A stretch of DNA of 63,590 nt, the filler included, from Octopus bimaculoides (lineage: Eukaryota), in the NCBI RefSeq assembly GCF_001194135.2. It is 6 parts of 6 records of this genome, joined end to end, with 100 filler letters (N's around TTAATTAATTAA, not from the genome) between each part and the next. Parts side by side here need not be neighbours in the genome. Positions count along the whole stretch, not along the records: positions 30,411 to 46,423 come from NC_068990.1; positions 46,524 to 59,759 come from NC_068999.1; 4 more parts are not named here. The stretch is one strand, 5' to 3'. The translations under genes and the position numbers were made by a program. Below the pieces are notes generated by a model. The model was not told the origin of the DNA, did not search any database, and saw only the letters and a program-made list of their open reading frames with translations. Shown here piece after piece: positions 36,462 through 49,178 of the stretch; position 1 is the first letter of the stretch; each line of letters starts with the position of its first letter.

Positions 36462-37395
36462 ATCCTTTTTACTCTAGGCACAAAGCCTGAAATTTGGTTG
36501 GAGGGAACTAGTTGATTACATTGAGTTTGTTGTTTCACTGGTACTTAATTTATCGACCCTGAAAGGATGACAGGCAAAGTCAACCTTGGTGGAATTTAAA
36601 CTCGGAATGAAGAGATGGATGAAATGCTGCTAAACCACTTGCCTGGCATGCTAATTATTCTGCCAGCTCGCTGCCTTTATGATAATGATAATAATAAGCA
36701 AACACCTTTTACGGTCATCTTAAGATTGCACTATCATCTTATTTTCAAATTACTTTTAAAACAAACTTCTAATTTTCTTATGTTCTGACAGACATTCTCT
36801 AGAACAATACTCTGTGCAAAACCAAAAATATGGCACCTAGGAACTTCTAACTTGTTGTATATTGAAGTCTCTGAATGAGACTTGGAGTTAACTTGTACAA
36901 ATACAAAGCAAAATTCAGATATATGATAATAATAGTAATAATAATAATAATCCTTTCTACTGTAGGCACAAGGCCTGAATTTTGGTGGGAGCAGTAGATG
37001 ATTACATCAACCCCTGTGCTCAACTGGTACTTATTTTATCAACCTCAAAAGGATGAATGGCAGAGTTGTCCTTGGCAATATTTGAGCTTAGAATGTAAAG
37101 GTGGATGAATTGCTGTTAAGCATTTTTGCTTGGCATGCTTACAGATCTGCCAGTTTGCCACCTTAATAAGAATAATAATAATCATTTCTACTAAAGGAAC
37201 AAGGCCAGGAATTTTGGGGGAGGGGATCAGTTGATTACATCAACCCAATGTTTCACTGGTACTTATTATATCAACCCCAAAAGGGTGAAAGGTAAAGTCG
37301 ATCTTGGTGGAATTTGAACTCAGTATATGAAGATGGATGAAATGCCACTAAGCATTTTGGCTGGCATGTTAATGATTCTGCCGGTTTGCTGCCTT
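36462..37395 (-). mobile_element. Three co-oriented SINE family B copies separated partly by (AAT)n
   Basis: Copies at about 36462-36676, 36950-37163 and 37182-37395, all strongly CpG-depleted. Confidence 0.85.
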
Positions 37396-37594
37396 TTTCA
37401 TAATAATAATAATGATAATAATTAATAAAGTATGCAAGGAAAAAATTAAAAAGCTTCAAAAGTTTTTTTCTATTTTAATCTTGAGACTAAACATAATCGC
37501 TAGTGTAGATTTCTTTTATTTACTGCCAACACAAAGCACATGATAGGCAAAATGTCTTGGAGGACATTCTCATTTTTTTCTTTTTCGTTTAAGC

Positions 37595-37848
37595 TCAGCC
37601 AGGATCCATTTGACCCTTGGCGGTCTATATAAGATTTTGTTGTTAAAATTTATCAGCCATAAATTGGTTATGCTTCTACAAAACGCATAATATTTTAATA
37701 ATTATTTTTATACTATTTTCTAATGATATTAGATAATAAAAATATAATAGGATTTAAAAAAAATATACTGAGTAGCTAGTGGGTGTCCTGTAGAGTAAGA
37801 TAGGAATTAAAAGGGTCCATAGGCAAAAAAATGGTGGAAAACCGCTGA
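37595..37848. mobile_element. hAT-type MITE, left end eroded
   Basis: Shares GGGTGTCC.GTAGAGTAA.ATAGGAAT..AA...GTC.ATAG.CAAAAA with 43149-43645; right end GGAAAACCGCTG. Confidence 0.6.
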
Positions 37849-38073
37849 TCTAGAGTAAAAGTAAAAGGGAGCAGAAGTATTATTTTGGAAATTTGAAATG
37901 GACTAATAACAAAAACAAAAAATAGGTGTGGACATGGCTGTGTGGTTAAGAAGCTCTCTTTACAACTACTTGGTTTTAGTTTCAATCTCACAATGCATAT
38001 ATGTGTGTGTGTGTGTGTGTGTTTGTGTGTATATGTATGTGTATATATATGTATGTGTGTGTATGTATATGTG

Positions 38074-38147
<74 letters not shown>

Positions 38148-38180
38148 AAATATACATTTATGAACTTCATAAACCTAACC

Positions 38181-39310
38181 ATGTACTCCCGCTAGGAGGA
38201 TGATATCAACATAGTAGCCAAAGTACGCCTACAAGACAATGTTGATGATCTAGAAGTTAACACTATGGAGAGCATCCAGCAAATAGCCAACTCCGTCCAC
38301 CAGAGTAATAATGATATACTACCCTAGTAAGCACCTAAACTATTGGTTACCCATTTTAGACACAAATCTCTGACTAGAAACAAAGAATGGTAAGGTCCAG
38401 ATCCTTAACTCTCATTATGCCAAATGCATGGCCTCTAAGTAACTTGTTCACAAGAACACAGCGATCGCAGGCAATGCCAATTTCAACATTCTTATAGCTG
38501 ACTTGGTGAGAGTGATGAGGAATGTGTCTTACATATGTGACCCTATGGAATTGGAAAGCCACAATACAACACTTCAACCACTACATGCAGTTCTCTGGCT
38601 ACAATCAAAAGGACAGGATTAGAGTGTACAAAGGAGCCAACACTGAGTACAAAGCCATCATAGAGAGTGATGCTAAAGGAATCTGCTCGCTGTACATTCT
38701 GGAGTAAATTCTGGAGCAGCACAGAAAGGACCAGAAATAAGATAGATAAGGCCAACTCTTGGCATGACAACAAAAAATACCAGGGCATCATGTTTGTTGA
38801 TGCTGCCCCTGGTGGCAAACTAGCATACCTTTTTAGAAAAACATTAAGTAAGGCTAATCTATAAATTAAAGTAGTATAAAGGCCTGGAACCCCTATAAAA
38901 TCCCTGATCTGTAGAACCTATCCCTTTGATAAGTCCCCTTGTATGGAGAACAATGTGTTGTTTGTAGGATGAACCCACGGGTTAACTGTAAGGTTAGGAT
39001 TGTAGTGTATAGCTTATGATGTACTGAGAGACGGTGCAGAAACATGACAACTACTTACATTGGAGAGACTGCATACAACATAGGAGAGCATATAGGTGAA
39101 CACTGGCAAAAGCTCAAAGAAGAGAAAGGCTCATCAGTGCTTTACCAACATGTTCAGGCAGAACATGGAGGCTTGAATAATAGCATTGAAGTTAGTCTTA
39201 TCGATACATAGAACTGACATGACAACTAGACACATCACAGAGGCTACACACATAGTAGTAGGCAGACTGAGCCTCAATAGAAAACATGATTGGAACAATA
39301 AACCCACCAC
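38181..39310 (+). mobile_element. Decayed Penelope-like element: RT end/thumb, Cys-rich linker and C-terminal GIY-YIG endonuclease
   Basis: Across stops and frameshifts: YSR*EDDINIV (decayed YVDD), LPILD, ILIADLVRVMRN, MQFSGY, C..CVVC...NC, VVYSL*CTERRC...YIGETAYNIGEHIGEH...SVLYQHVQAEH...RHITEATHI...LNRKHDW. Confidence 0.82.
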
Positions 39311-39900
39311 TATGCCACACCACATGACTAAGAACAGAAGGGAGGTGAAGAGAGAGGAAAAAAATAATAATAAATAGAACATAGATACAGAAAGCGTAGT
39401 ACACAAACAATAGACATACTCATGATACATATAAGAAATAGAGATAGATACAAAATAAATAAATAAATAAATATATTTGTCACATACCTGTGATAAATAT
39501 AAGAAATAGAGATAAATAAAAAAATAAATAAAATAAAAATAATAATAAATAATAAGTAAATCTATATAAAGGGCATGGATACAAACAACGTAAGAAGTGA
39601 ACCCATATACACACACAGACACGCTATAACTTCACAGACATCCGCAACAGTATCAAGAACATGACTAACAATGACAACAGCAGTGGCAATGACAAAGATG
39701 GCTATGACAACAACTACCACAATGGCAACACCATGGGCAAACACATAAACACTGAGTGATACAAGAACTGTACCAAATTTGCAGATCCTAGGACAGCAGC
39801 AGCACAACAGGGTGAGAGAAGGGGATGAGGAGAAGACCATACTGCTGCTAAGACATACAAGCATACACATACACCTATATGCACAGAGGCCTACATCAAG

Positions 39901-40651
39901 TGGAGGCATAATGTCATCATCACTAGTGATCACTCCAAACACCATAATGTTCACTGGATGTTTGATTTTTATCACTCTGAGTACATGTTTTGGGGACTCA
40001 GTAAGCCAAATTTTCTGTGTGTTCACCATCTGATCCTGGCAGAAATTTTTGTCATCTGAGAAAAACCAAAGCATGTTTGGTTGGAGGGGATGCTTGAGTT
40101 TGTTCAAAAGATTCATAGTGTAATTGTTTGTCTTGTCCTTGATGGCTTGGGATAGAAATTGGCCCTCTTCTTGTATGAGGAATACTGAATGTCTTCATGC
40201 ACTACCTGCCTGATAAGAAACTCAGACACTTCTGTGTCCCTAGCGATGGACCTGATTGACTTGGAGGGATCGTTGTCAATCATAGCTTGGATCTCACCAA
40301 CAAATTCAGGAGTTCTTTAGTTATCAGAACGATCAGAGTGAGTTTTCCATGCTGCGGTACCTTCATAATCACCATTAGACTCATCCAACTCTTTCTGGAT
40401 TCTCTGCATTGTCCTCAGATTGATACCCAAACATTCTGAAATGTTCGTATTGGAGCTTCCGGTGCCAATGTCAAGCAATACAGCATGTCATTTCCAAATT
40501 TCTGGCAGAGTGAATTTTGTCATGGTACCGTTTTTCTCACAGATGGCACTCAACTGTCCCTACTATACTGTGTAGTTGACAAAATCAAAAATAAACAATG
40601 CACATGCGTAAAATATAAAATATAATATGGCAATTTACCCATCACGCCCTG
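39901..40651 (-). mobile_element. Tc1/mariner transposon 5' part (maT/DD37D-like transposase, pseudogenised)
   Basis: End CAGGGCGTGATGGGTAAATTG next to TA (40652-40653); ATG at 40523. Peptides RTPEFVGEIQAMIDNDPSKSIRSIARD and WFFSDDKNFCQDQMVNTQ...KHPVNIMVFGVITSDDDIMPP. Subfamily call is from recall. Confidence 0.85.
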
Positions 40652-40826
40652 TATAATATGTATATATATGAAATGACTAGGTTTTCTCTTTATGTCCAGC
40701 ACTACACAAGCAACATTCCTTGCCTAGTTGAGAATTCCGCTGTACACTCAAAAATTCAACAATTTATCTTATGGGGTACTATACAACTGTCTGTGTACTA
40801 TGCATTTTCTTATTGCTCAGTCAGAA

Positions 40827-41142
40827 ATTCTCCTAAGAAACAGCATAAAATACTGGTATGGAAGCTGTCTCTTGGGTTACCATCGCTACATTAAGTACAT
40901 GTCTAAAATCTGTAATTTCCCCAAAATTATGNNNNNNNNNNNNNNNNNNNNNNNNNNNNNNNNNNNNNNNNNNNNNNNNNNNNNNNNNNNNNNNNNNNNN
41001 NNNNNNNNNNNNNNNNNNNNNNNNNNNNNNNNNNNNNATTCTCCTAAGAAACAGCATAAAATACTGGTATGGAAGCTGTCTCTTGGGTTACCATCGCTAC
41101 ATTAAGTACATGTCTAAAATCTGTAATTTCCCCAAAATTATG
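40827..41142. repeat. Identical 105-bp direct repeat on both sides of a 106-N gap
   Basis: 40827-40931 is identical to 41038-41142. Confidence 0.9.
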
Positions 41143-41394
41143 CTGTAAAGAATTATGCTATGCCTGCTTAACTCCTTGACATTTCCAGAAAATATACATA
41201 TAACCTCATATCCAGTCTACATCAGAACCCTTCTTCCAATGCCAACCTTTCAGCAATTTCCTAGACATTAGCATAACAACTTGAATCCCAGCTCTGATCA
41301 AACAGCTTAAAAGTAATATCTACCAAATTGATTATATTTCTTCTAAGTAACAATACCAAATAACATCAATACAACCAACTCTGAACTCATTATA

Positions 41395-41930
41395 AGCATG
41401 CACATACAAATGTACACACACACACACACACACACATGCACATGTATGCATGCACACATATGCACATGCATGCACCCACACCCACACATGCACATGCATG
41501 CACACACACATACACACACACAAGTATACACACAGGCACATACACACAAACACATAAACATGCACTTACACACAAACAAATATGCACACACACATGCACA
41601 AATATGCACACAAACGAACACACACACACATACACATGCAAATATGTACACACACATACACACACAAATATACACACAAACACACCCACACACATACAAA
41701 TTCACACACATAAGCATGCAAATACACATGCACACACACGCAAATATGCACACACACACAAATACACCCACACACAAACATACAAGTGTGCACATACACA
41801 CATGCACATAAATATGCACACACGCACACACAGATATACATGCACACATACAAACACATGCATACACATAAACATGCACATACATATACATTCCCACACA
41901 CAGGCACATAGACACAGAAATACTACAGAT
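41395..41930. repeat. Long degenerate (CA)/(CATG)/(CATA) array
   Basis: Read directly; source of the His/Thr-rich and Cys/Val-rich pseudo-ORFs. Confidence 0.9.
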
Positions 41931-43148
41931 TACCCCCTTCACAGCATTCTTAGAATACATAGAAGACTAAAAAAATGAAAGTATGGAGAAACTCATTAAG
42001 AACACTCACTAGCATCACGTTCCATCAGCACTAAGAGGCAACAATACTAATGTACCATAGAATATTAGATCCATCATTCTTTGTGTCAATATTGCCTCAT
42101 CTCCCAGTTCCTCGCAGCATATAACATCTTAACCACCATAAAATTTTCTTTCATTGTCTATACTTAGATTTTTTTTCTGAATTTCAAATTTCTAAATTCT
42201 ATTATTTTCAGTCGTTATAAACCTTATTAAACTCATCTTGCTTATTTTGTTCAGAAATAAAAAAGGAAAATTCTAATTCTAATTCTCTTCTATATGAACG
42301 CAATTACTTCTTTTTTGTTCTCAAACTAAATTCCATGGTTGAGGAGTATTACTAAATACACTGCACAATATGACTTGCTCAGATTAAAATGTGTAGAGAC
42401 AATAGATGAATGAAAAAAAAATCTTTGAAATAAAGGACCACATGTAGCGTACAATATAAGAGAAATACATAAGTTCTAATAATGTGTAGAGTTGGCTATA
42501 AGTGTTTTGGAAGAGTAGGATTATGATAATATCAGAAAAGATAGAAAGATCACATAGCATAATGATAGGTCAAGACTGAAAATGGCTTTGTAAGAGAAAA
42601 TTTGTTAATCAACGTGCTTTTCCTTTGAATAGTAGGTATAATTATATTCTAGTTATCAACAAGAATACACTAACTCAACTATAGAAACATTTCTCCAAAA
42701 TTATATATACTACTTAAGCTTTGCAAAAAACAAAACCAAAACATATTTCATATGTGTATTTGGTGTGCAAGATTCTTGATGTGAATACGTGTTTTGAAAG
42801 AAATACTATTAATAGTAAAACCAAAACAAACAAACAGAAAATGCACGTTGCTCAGGTTTGAAGCATTGTTATAGAAAGGAATTCAGATCATTTTGATGCA
42901 TTTCTAGCAGTTTTAATGTGTTTGGTGGTGTTTGCTTAGCTTCAAGATTACCTTCATTGTGCAGGTCTATGACCATCCTGTCTTTTGCAGGTATATATTA
43001 CATTATTTAAAACTTTGGAGTATGGTTTGAGAGAGATTTAGCTGTTATTTCTAGATCCTCATGAGCATTATAAAAACTATCAAGTAATGTAATGGAAAGG
43101 TTATTTGTTGTTCTATAGTCATTATTCAGTTTTTGGATTCCTATAGAG

Positions 43149-43645
43149 CAGTGATTCTTGACTGGGGTCCATATGGGCACAAAGGTTTTATTGTTAACTT
43201 TATGAGTAATAAATTGTTACGTTCATGAATTTATTTTGCAAGATTCCTGATGTGAAATTGTGTGTTGAAGCAGATATTATATTTTTTGGGGATGGTTATG
43301 TTTTATTTATTTATTTATTTATTTTCCAAATAAACGCATGCACTACGTATTCATTCTTCACTTGTTTATTATTGTTCTTGAAGAACAAATATATAATGCA
43401 TGTGTTTATTTGGCAAGAAAAAAAGAAAGAATTGACCATCCTGAAATATAACAATAGTAATAAATTGATTATATTTATAAAATACTCAAAATAGTTTCAT
43501 TTTTTAAATTCAATTCCTAATAATTTTTAATTATAAAAGTACAATAAGATTTTTTTATATATATATAGTGAATAGCTGTGGGTGTCCAGTAGAGTAAAAT
43601 AGGAATCAAAGCAGTCTATAGACAAAAATTAGTTGCAAACCACTG
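43149..43645. mobile_element. hAT-type MITE, older copy
   Basis: Ends CAGTGATTCTTGACT...AGTTGCAAACCACTG; flanks CTATAGAG / CTACAAAA (degraded 8-bp TSD). Confidence 0.65.
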
Positions 43646-43773
43646 CTACAAAAGATACAGTGAAGATAGTCGTTGATGAAAAAATGAATTTCTTTTGGGA
43701 ATTGTTGGTGTTAGCAGTTGACATGATGTTAGAGATAAAAAAAAAATGCTTGGTAAAAGCATATTTTACTTAC

Positions 43774-43861
43774 ACAACAGTGAATATATTTAGAGGTGAT
43801 TGTCATTATTGGCAAAGAAAATAAAGAGCATTGGCAAAATTATCTAAGTAGTGGAACCCTT
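43774..43861 (-). other. Candidate 88-nt exon (5' UTR plus start, or non-coding)
   Basis: Strong acceptor TTTTCTCTCTCATTTTCTTTCGTGTCACAG| and donor TGT|GTAAGT. All three frames contain a stop; one ends MTITSKYIHCC in phase 0. Confidence 0.35.
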
Positions 43862-45130
43862 CTGTGACACGAAAGAAAATGAGAGAGAAAATTGTTCATG
43901 GTGATTTATAAAGCAGAGATATTTTAAAATCAGTCTGTGATAAGGCTTTTAATTTCCCATAAGTTCCCCATAAATCTCAGTACCAAACAAATTCTTTAAC
44001 TTCTATTTGACTATTCTTCTATTAAGAAATTTTTAGATGTAACTTTTTTCAACATTTTTTCTCCTTAATTATATGCCAGATCTGCTGATTAAGTTGATAT
44101 AATTATCAATATTTTAGTTTTATATGTTGTATGTTCCTTTTAGGTTTGGTATGAATTTTTTTCTTTAAATAGCATTCTTTTATTGTTTTTTTTTTGCTAT
44201 TTTTTAAAGAAGCTGATATGGTAAAACACTTTAAACATAAAATTAAATTTAAATTTATATTTGATATAAAATATGTATGTCTTATTTCATGAATTCGGTG
44301 TAAAACTATTATATTTAGAAACATAATAAATTTTCAATGCATTGAATTAAATATAGAATTTTTATTCTTAATGTTAAGATTGATTGAAGTAATTTAAGAT
44401 GTAAAAAGGAAAAGTAAATTAAGTCAAAAGTATTATGTTAATTTCAGTTCATCAAACTATTATATCTAAGTGATGAATCAGATTAATAACTAAATACCTA
44501 AATATAATCAATTAAATCACACTGATCCAGACAAAGAAAGTTTCATAGAAACAATGATTTTTTGATGCTGAATTGCAATTTAGTAGCAGTTTTATTTGTG
44601 ACCATGCACATACAAGCCATACTTTAATGTGAGTGTTCTTTAGCTTTTTATTTTTTAATTAAATCAGCATTGTATTTTTAAAAGTTATTATTGCTATTTC
44701 CATGCATTTAAAGACTACTTAAAAAAAACAAAAACAGTTGTTTCTATTTCTTTTTTTTTAATATAAATATTTATTATTTTAGAAAGCTTGTTTCCCCTTA
44801 TAACTGATTATCACAATAATTCATCTATTTATCTCTCATCAAGCAATTTCTTTTGATCAAAATACATGTTGAGATAAAAAAATGCTTTTGTACTGATTAA
44901 GTATAGTTAAATATACATATTCATGAAGAAGTATACTTAAAAATGAAATTCTGTAGCATAGTTTTTCTCTTTAAAATTTTGGTGTTGTTAATAACAAAGA
45001 AAAATTCATCATAAAAATGCTGCGAATTTCTAAATTATATCTATAAATATAAAAATGCTTGTTTTAAAAACTTCTATAAATATACTCCTTTCCACCATGT
45101 CTTTTTCTATATATTTAATACATACATACA

Positions 45131-45201
<71 letters not shown>

Positions 45202-45220
45202 GTGTATATGTATATTTACA

Positions 45221-45259
<39 letters not shown>

Positions 45260-46206
45260 CTAGTTTCCCAAGAATACATAGGTCTGGACATGGGGAAAAA
45301 ATTACCTTAATTGGAAGCAGGTGAGGAGTGATGACAGAAAGGGCATGAGGCTATACAAAATCGGCCACAGCATATTTTGTACACAAGTACAGACACTCAT
45401 ACAAACATATACATACACGCACATAGTGACATACATGCACTTACAAACTTCACCCAACCTCTTGAGCCCACGACACACTACTGTTACATTCTTCTGTTAC
45501 TGACCGGTTAGCTCCACACTTACACACATTCACATACAAACATACTACTCACAACTAGCTATTGTACATAAATACATGTACGCACATACTAAGCCATATA
45601 CCCACATATGCATTCTACACCCACACACATTCACACACATATATTTCACCCCTCCACCACACATACAATGGCTATTTATGCACTTTCCTGCCTTCAAAAA
45701 CCATATTTTCAATCTTTCTCCAACTTCCAGTCAGTTATTCGTTGAGCCATGTAATGCGCTTTTCTTTGAACTCTCCACTCTGTCCGCTTTTACATCTTCC
45801 CTGGACTTTTTCCTCTATCTGATGAAGAGTCATACTTGAAACATCATATTCTTACTCCTGTTTTACTATCAGAAACTTTCACTGAGCAGCAATCTAATAT
45901 GATCCAATTGACTTCTCTTGTTTATCCTGTTTTTTCCTTTGAGTACTTGAATTTACCTTATATAATACATGCATACATATGTACCTATGTATGTACATAA
46001 ATGCATACAAACAATTCAGATAAACGAACAATAAAATTAATAATAACAAACAACAAGAGGGTGTAAACAAGGAATGTATTAGTTTGACAATGAGTAAAAA
46101 GAGAGCGTTTATTTTTTTCTGTGCATAGCTCTTTGTCGGAAAGGAGAAAGGGAGAGATTCAAAGAAGGAAAAGAAATCACCAACAGCATGTGTGTAGTTA
46201 CATACG

Positions 46207-46241
<35 letters not shown>

Positions 46242-46252
46242 ATAGCCTATTG

Positions 46253-46285
<33 letters not shown>

Positions 46286-46316
46286 TTATATATATATGTA
46301 TGTATGTATATATATA

Positions 46317-46355
<39 letters not shown>

Positions 46356-46423
46356 CACATGCACATTGTCAAGTTGACAGCAAAGTGCAGACAACTGGCA
46401 GGGTGGATACTGAGGACATTCCG

Positions 46424-46523
46424 NNNNNNNNNNNNNNNNNNNNNNNNNNNNNNNNNNNNNNNNNNNNTTAATTAATTAANNNNNNNNNNNNNNNNNNNNN
46501 NNNNNNNNNNNNNNNNNNNNNNN
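46424..46523. other. Artificial scaffold linker
   Basis: 44N-TTAATTAATTAA-44N. Confidence 0.95.
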
Positions 46524-46898
46524 GAACATTGGCAAATCTTTCCTTATCTGCTTCCCCTCTGGCTAAATAAACCTGTCGCCTAGCCTCCCTTCTGGCACAT
46601 TGGTACAATTCCCTGCTACCACCGTTCTTCCAGTCCTTCCAAGCCTGTTTCTTTTGTCTAATAGCCCTGTCTACCTCCTTGTTCCACCACCACGTTACTC
46701 TGGGTCGGGAGGGGACCTTACACCACCCACAAATCTGGTCGGTGGCTTTCAACAGGTTGTCCCGCAGAAATCTCCAATTGTCTTCCACGTTGTATGATGC
46801 TATATCCCCTTCTATTTCATTAAATGCTTCAAGTAACTTGTCTCTAAGTCTCTGTCCGTTTGCAGGGTCTTTAAGCTTCCACACCCTTCTCCTCCAAG
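46524..46898 (-). mobile_element. RTE-clade LINE ORF2 fragment, 5'-truncated, near-identical to 30411-30723
   Basis: Open frame WRRRVWKLKDPANGQRLRDKLLEAF...WRFLRDNLLKATDQICGWCKVPSRPRVTWWWNKEVDRAIRQKK; 1 mismatch in a 246-bp overlap. Confidence 0.88.
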
Positions 46899-47687
46899 CC
46901 TGATCATAATATGATAAAATGTTTAATTGAAATGTTAATTTAGCTTCATTAAAACCAATAAGTTGGAAATAATGGAACTCTGTAGTAAAAATGTTAAACA
47001 ACTATTTACACTGAATATTTTTCCATTCATTTAAGTGTCTTGTTCACATAAATTGTCCATAAAAAAAAAAAAAAAACGTGTCTTGAAATTAATGGTTTAT
47101 TGTGCAAAAGTGCCTACAGTTGATGATTCAAGCTTCAAAAATTCTACCAGATTAAAGGAAAATAAATTTAAGAGGTGATTTAATCAGCATCAACATTTTT
47201 TAGACATCTGGAATAAACTTAAGCAAGTGTATCTAGATACATGGGGTATTTAAGTAAATCTTGATGTTAGCAAATATAAAATTGTTTGGCATTTATTAGA
47301 ATATGTCAAACCTTGTAAATTGAGCAGGGCATCCATAACCTTTGCCTGTCATAGAAAATTAACATATTGTTTCATAAAAAGCTTCAGCTTGAAATGGAAA
47401 GTTATAGAACAACCAAATGCAATGGGGTGAAAGACAGAAAGACCTACAGAAACATCAAAAAAGGTGAATAAAAAAAATGCAGTGAATGGCTTGCATCAGC
47501 AAGTGATTCGGTCACTTGCAAATATAATTCCTGTTTTCAAGATGACAAACAGGAGAGAGTTGGTGAATGATGCTGAGATAAGAACGTTGCAATGCATAAA
47601 GAAATCCCAAGATCGAGAGGAATTGTAAAAAGACTAATAAAACCATTGACATGTCCCAACAGTATAAATGCTAAAGGAACATGTTAC

Positions 47688-47736
47688 CTTGACATTATAT
47701 CTCTTGTCAGATATCAAGGAAACTAGTGAACATAAA
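47688..47736 (-). CDS. Weak candidate internal exon
   Basis: AATCTTTCTATCCAG| 49 nt |GTAACA; single open frame LCSLVSLISDKRYNVK. Confidence 0.25.
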
Positions 47737-48460
47737 CTGGATAGAAAGATTCATACAATAATATTCAAACTTCATCAAAAAGTCTTGTATAATAAGAGTA
47801 TTTATTCAATAGATAACAATTTATCATGTCCATTAATATAAGCTTCTTACATTCCATTGATTACTCGATGATCAGGAAAGCAAGAGAGCCACAATTAACT
47901 GGAAATAGCCATGGAATTTCCATGGTAATTAGAAAACTATAAAATGGTTGAAAATTTACAGAGAACCATTTCTTTTGAAATTGAAATAAATACAAGTTAA
48001 GTACAGGACTTGATTTAATCGATAAATTCCCTTCCCCAAATTTTCAGGTCTTGTGCCTGCAGTTGAAAGAATTTACATATAGGTATATCTACACACACAC
48101 ACACACATATTGATTTCAAATTTGGACACAAGGGCAGCAATTTCAGGGGAAGAGGGCAAGTCGAATACATTGACCCAAGTATTCAACTGGTACTAATTTT
48201 TGTCATCACCAAAAGGATGAAAGGCAATGTGGACTTTAACAAAATTCAAACTCAAAACATGAAGGACGAAATGCTTCTAAGCATTTAGCCTGGTGCAGTC
48301 AACTCACCACCTTAAACAAATATCAACATGTATATGTATACATAGAATATCTTGGCATTTTTCCATTCTTGTTACCAAATAATACTGTCAGCAAAGGATT
48401 CCAGTATTCTAAATATCAAGATGTAATTGAAAACCATTTCAACCAAATACAAAAAGAGAA

Positions 48461-48501
<41 letters not shown>

Positions 48502-48609
48502 GGAGAATGAGATAACTAAAGACACCAGTAATATCATCTCTTCCTACTCCTGCTTCCTCTTATTTAAATTTGCGAATATCATTTAGCCATTTCCTCCTGC
48601 ATTAATTAT

Positions 48610-48838
48610 TTAAAGCCATTAGCATTTAAATTGGCTATACCTGGCCAACATATTCTACCCATTGTATGTTCAAACTGGCCATATCCAACCTCTCACACTG
48701 ACACTACAATGTCATTCTAAAAATAAACAATCACATCATTGAAATCTCAAAGCTTTCAGACAATGCATGAGTAATATGAAACAATTTGAATAATTCAGAA
48801 TTACATTTCATGGAGTAATCTGAATGCTAAATGGTTAA
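48610..48838. mobile_element. TTAA-flanked MITE
   Basis: TTAAAGCCATTAGCATTTA...TGAATGCTAAATGGTTAA; homologous to 32792-33017. Confidence 0.7.
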
Positions 48839-49079
48839 CATCTTTTTTGACTCAGCTGCTCACTTTTCAGACTCCTGTGTCTTATTCTCTTTCATTCTTG
48901 CTCCCCCCCCCCACCGATCTCTTTCTCTTCATTGATTCCATTATTTCTGTCTCTCTTGTTTTGTCGCCATTACTATCTTTATCATTCTTCCCACATCATT
49001 ACCAACACCGAAATATATATGTCATTGCTTTCACCATCAACTCCACCTTAACTTTTAGCTGTTTGTTCCTTACTTCCTT

Positions 49080-49178
49080 ACTATAGTAGAAGACACTTGC
49101 CCAAAGTGCCACGCAGTGGGACTGAACCCAGAACTATATGGTTGGTAAGCAAGCTAATTACCACACAACCACTCCTAT
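49080..49178 (-). mobile_element. SINE family A head
   Basis: ACTATAGTAGAAGACACTTGCCCAAAGTGCCACGCAGTGGGACTGAACCC...TACCACACAACCACTCCT. Confidence 0.85.

Noticed and set aside
39020-39030. In-frame TGA in the GIY-YIG domain as selenocysteine
   Set aside because: It sits beside, not at, a Cys, in a copy with many TAA/TAG stops and frameshifts; ordinary decay is simpler.
41343-41978. 180-205 aa His/Thr-rich and Cys/Val-rich ORFs as a metal-binding protein
   Set aside because: Degenerate CA/TG array that is open in several frames on both strands because it lacks stop triplets.
46130-46190. Acceptor followed by a purine-rich open segment
   Set aside because: Weak donor; the sequence resembles Penelope pseudo-LTR or simple purine-rich DNA.
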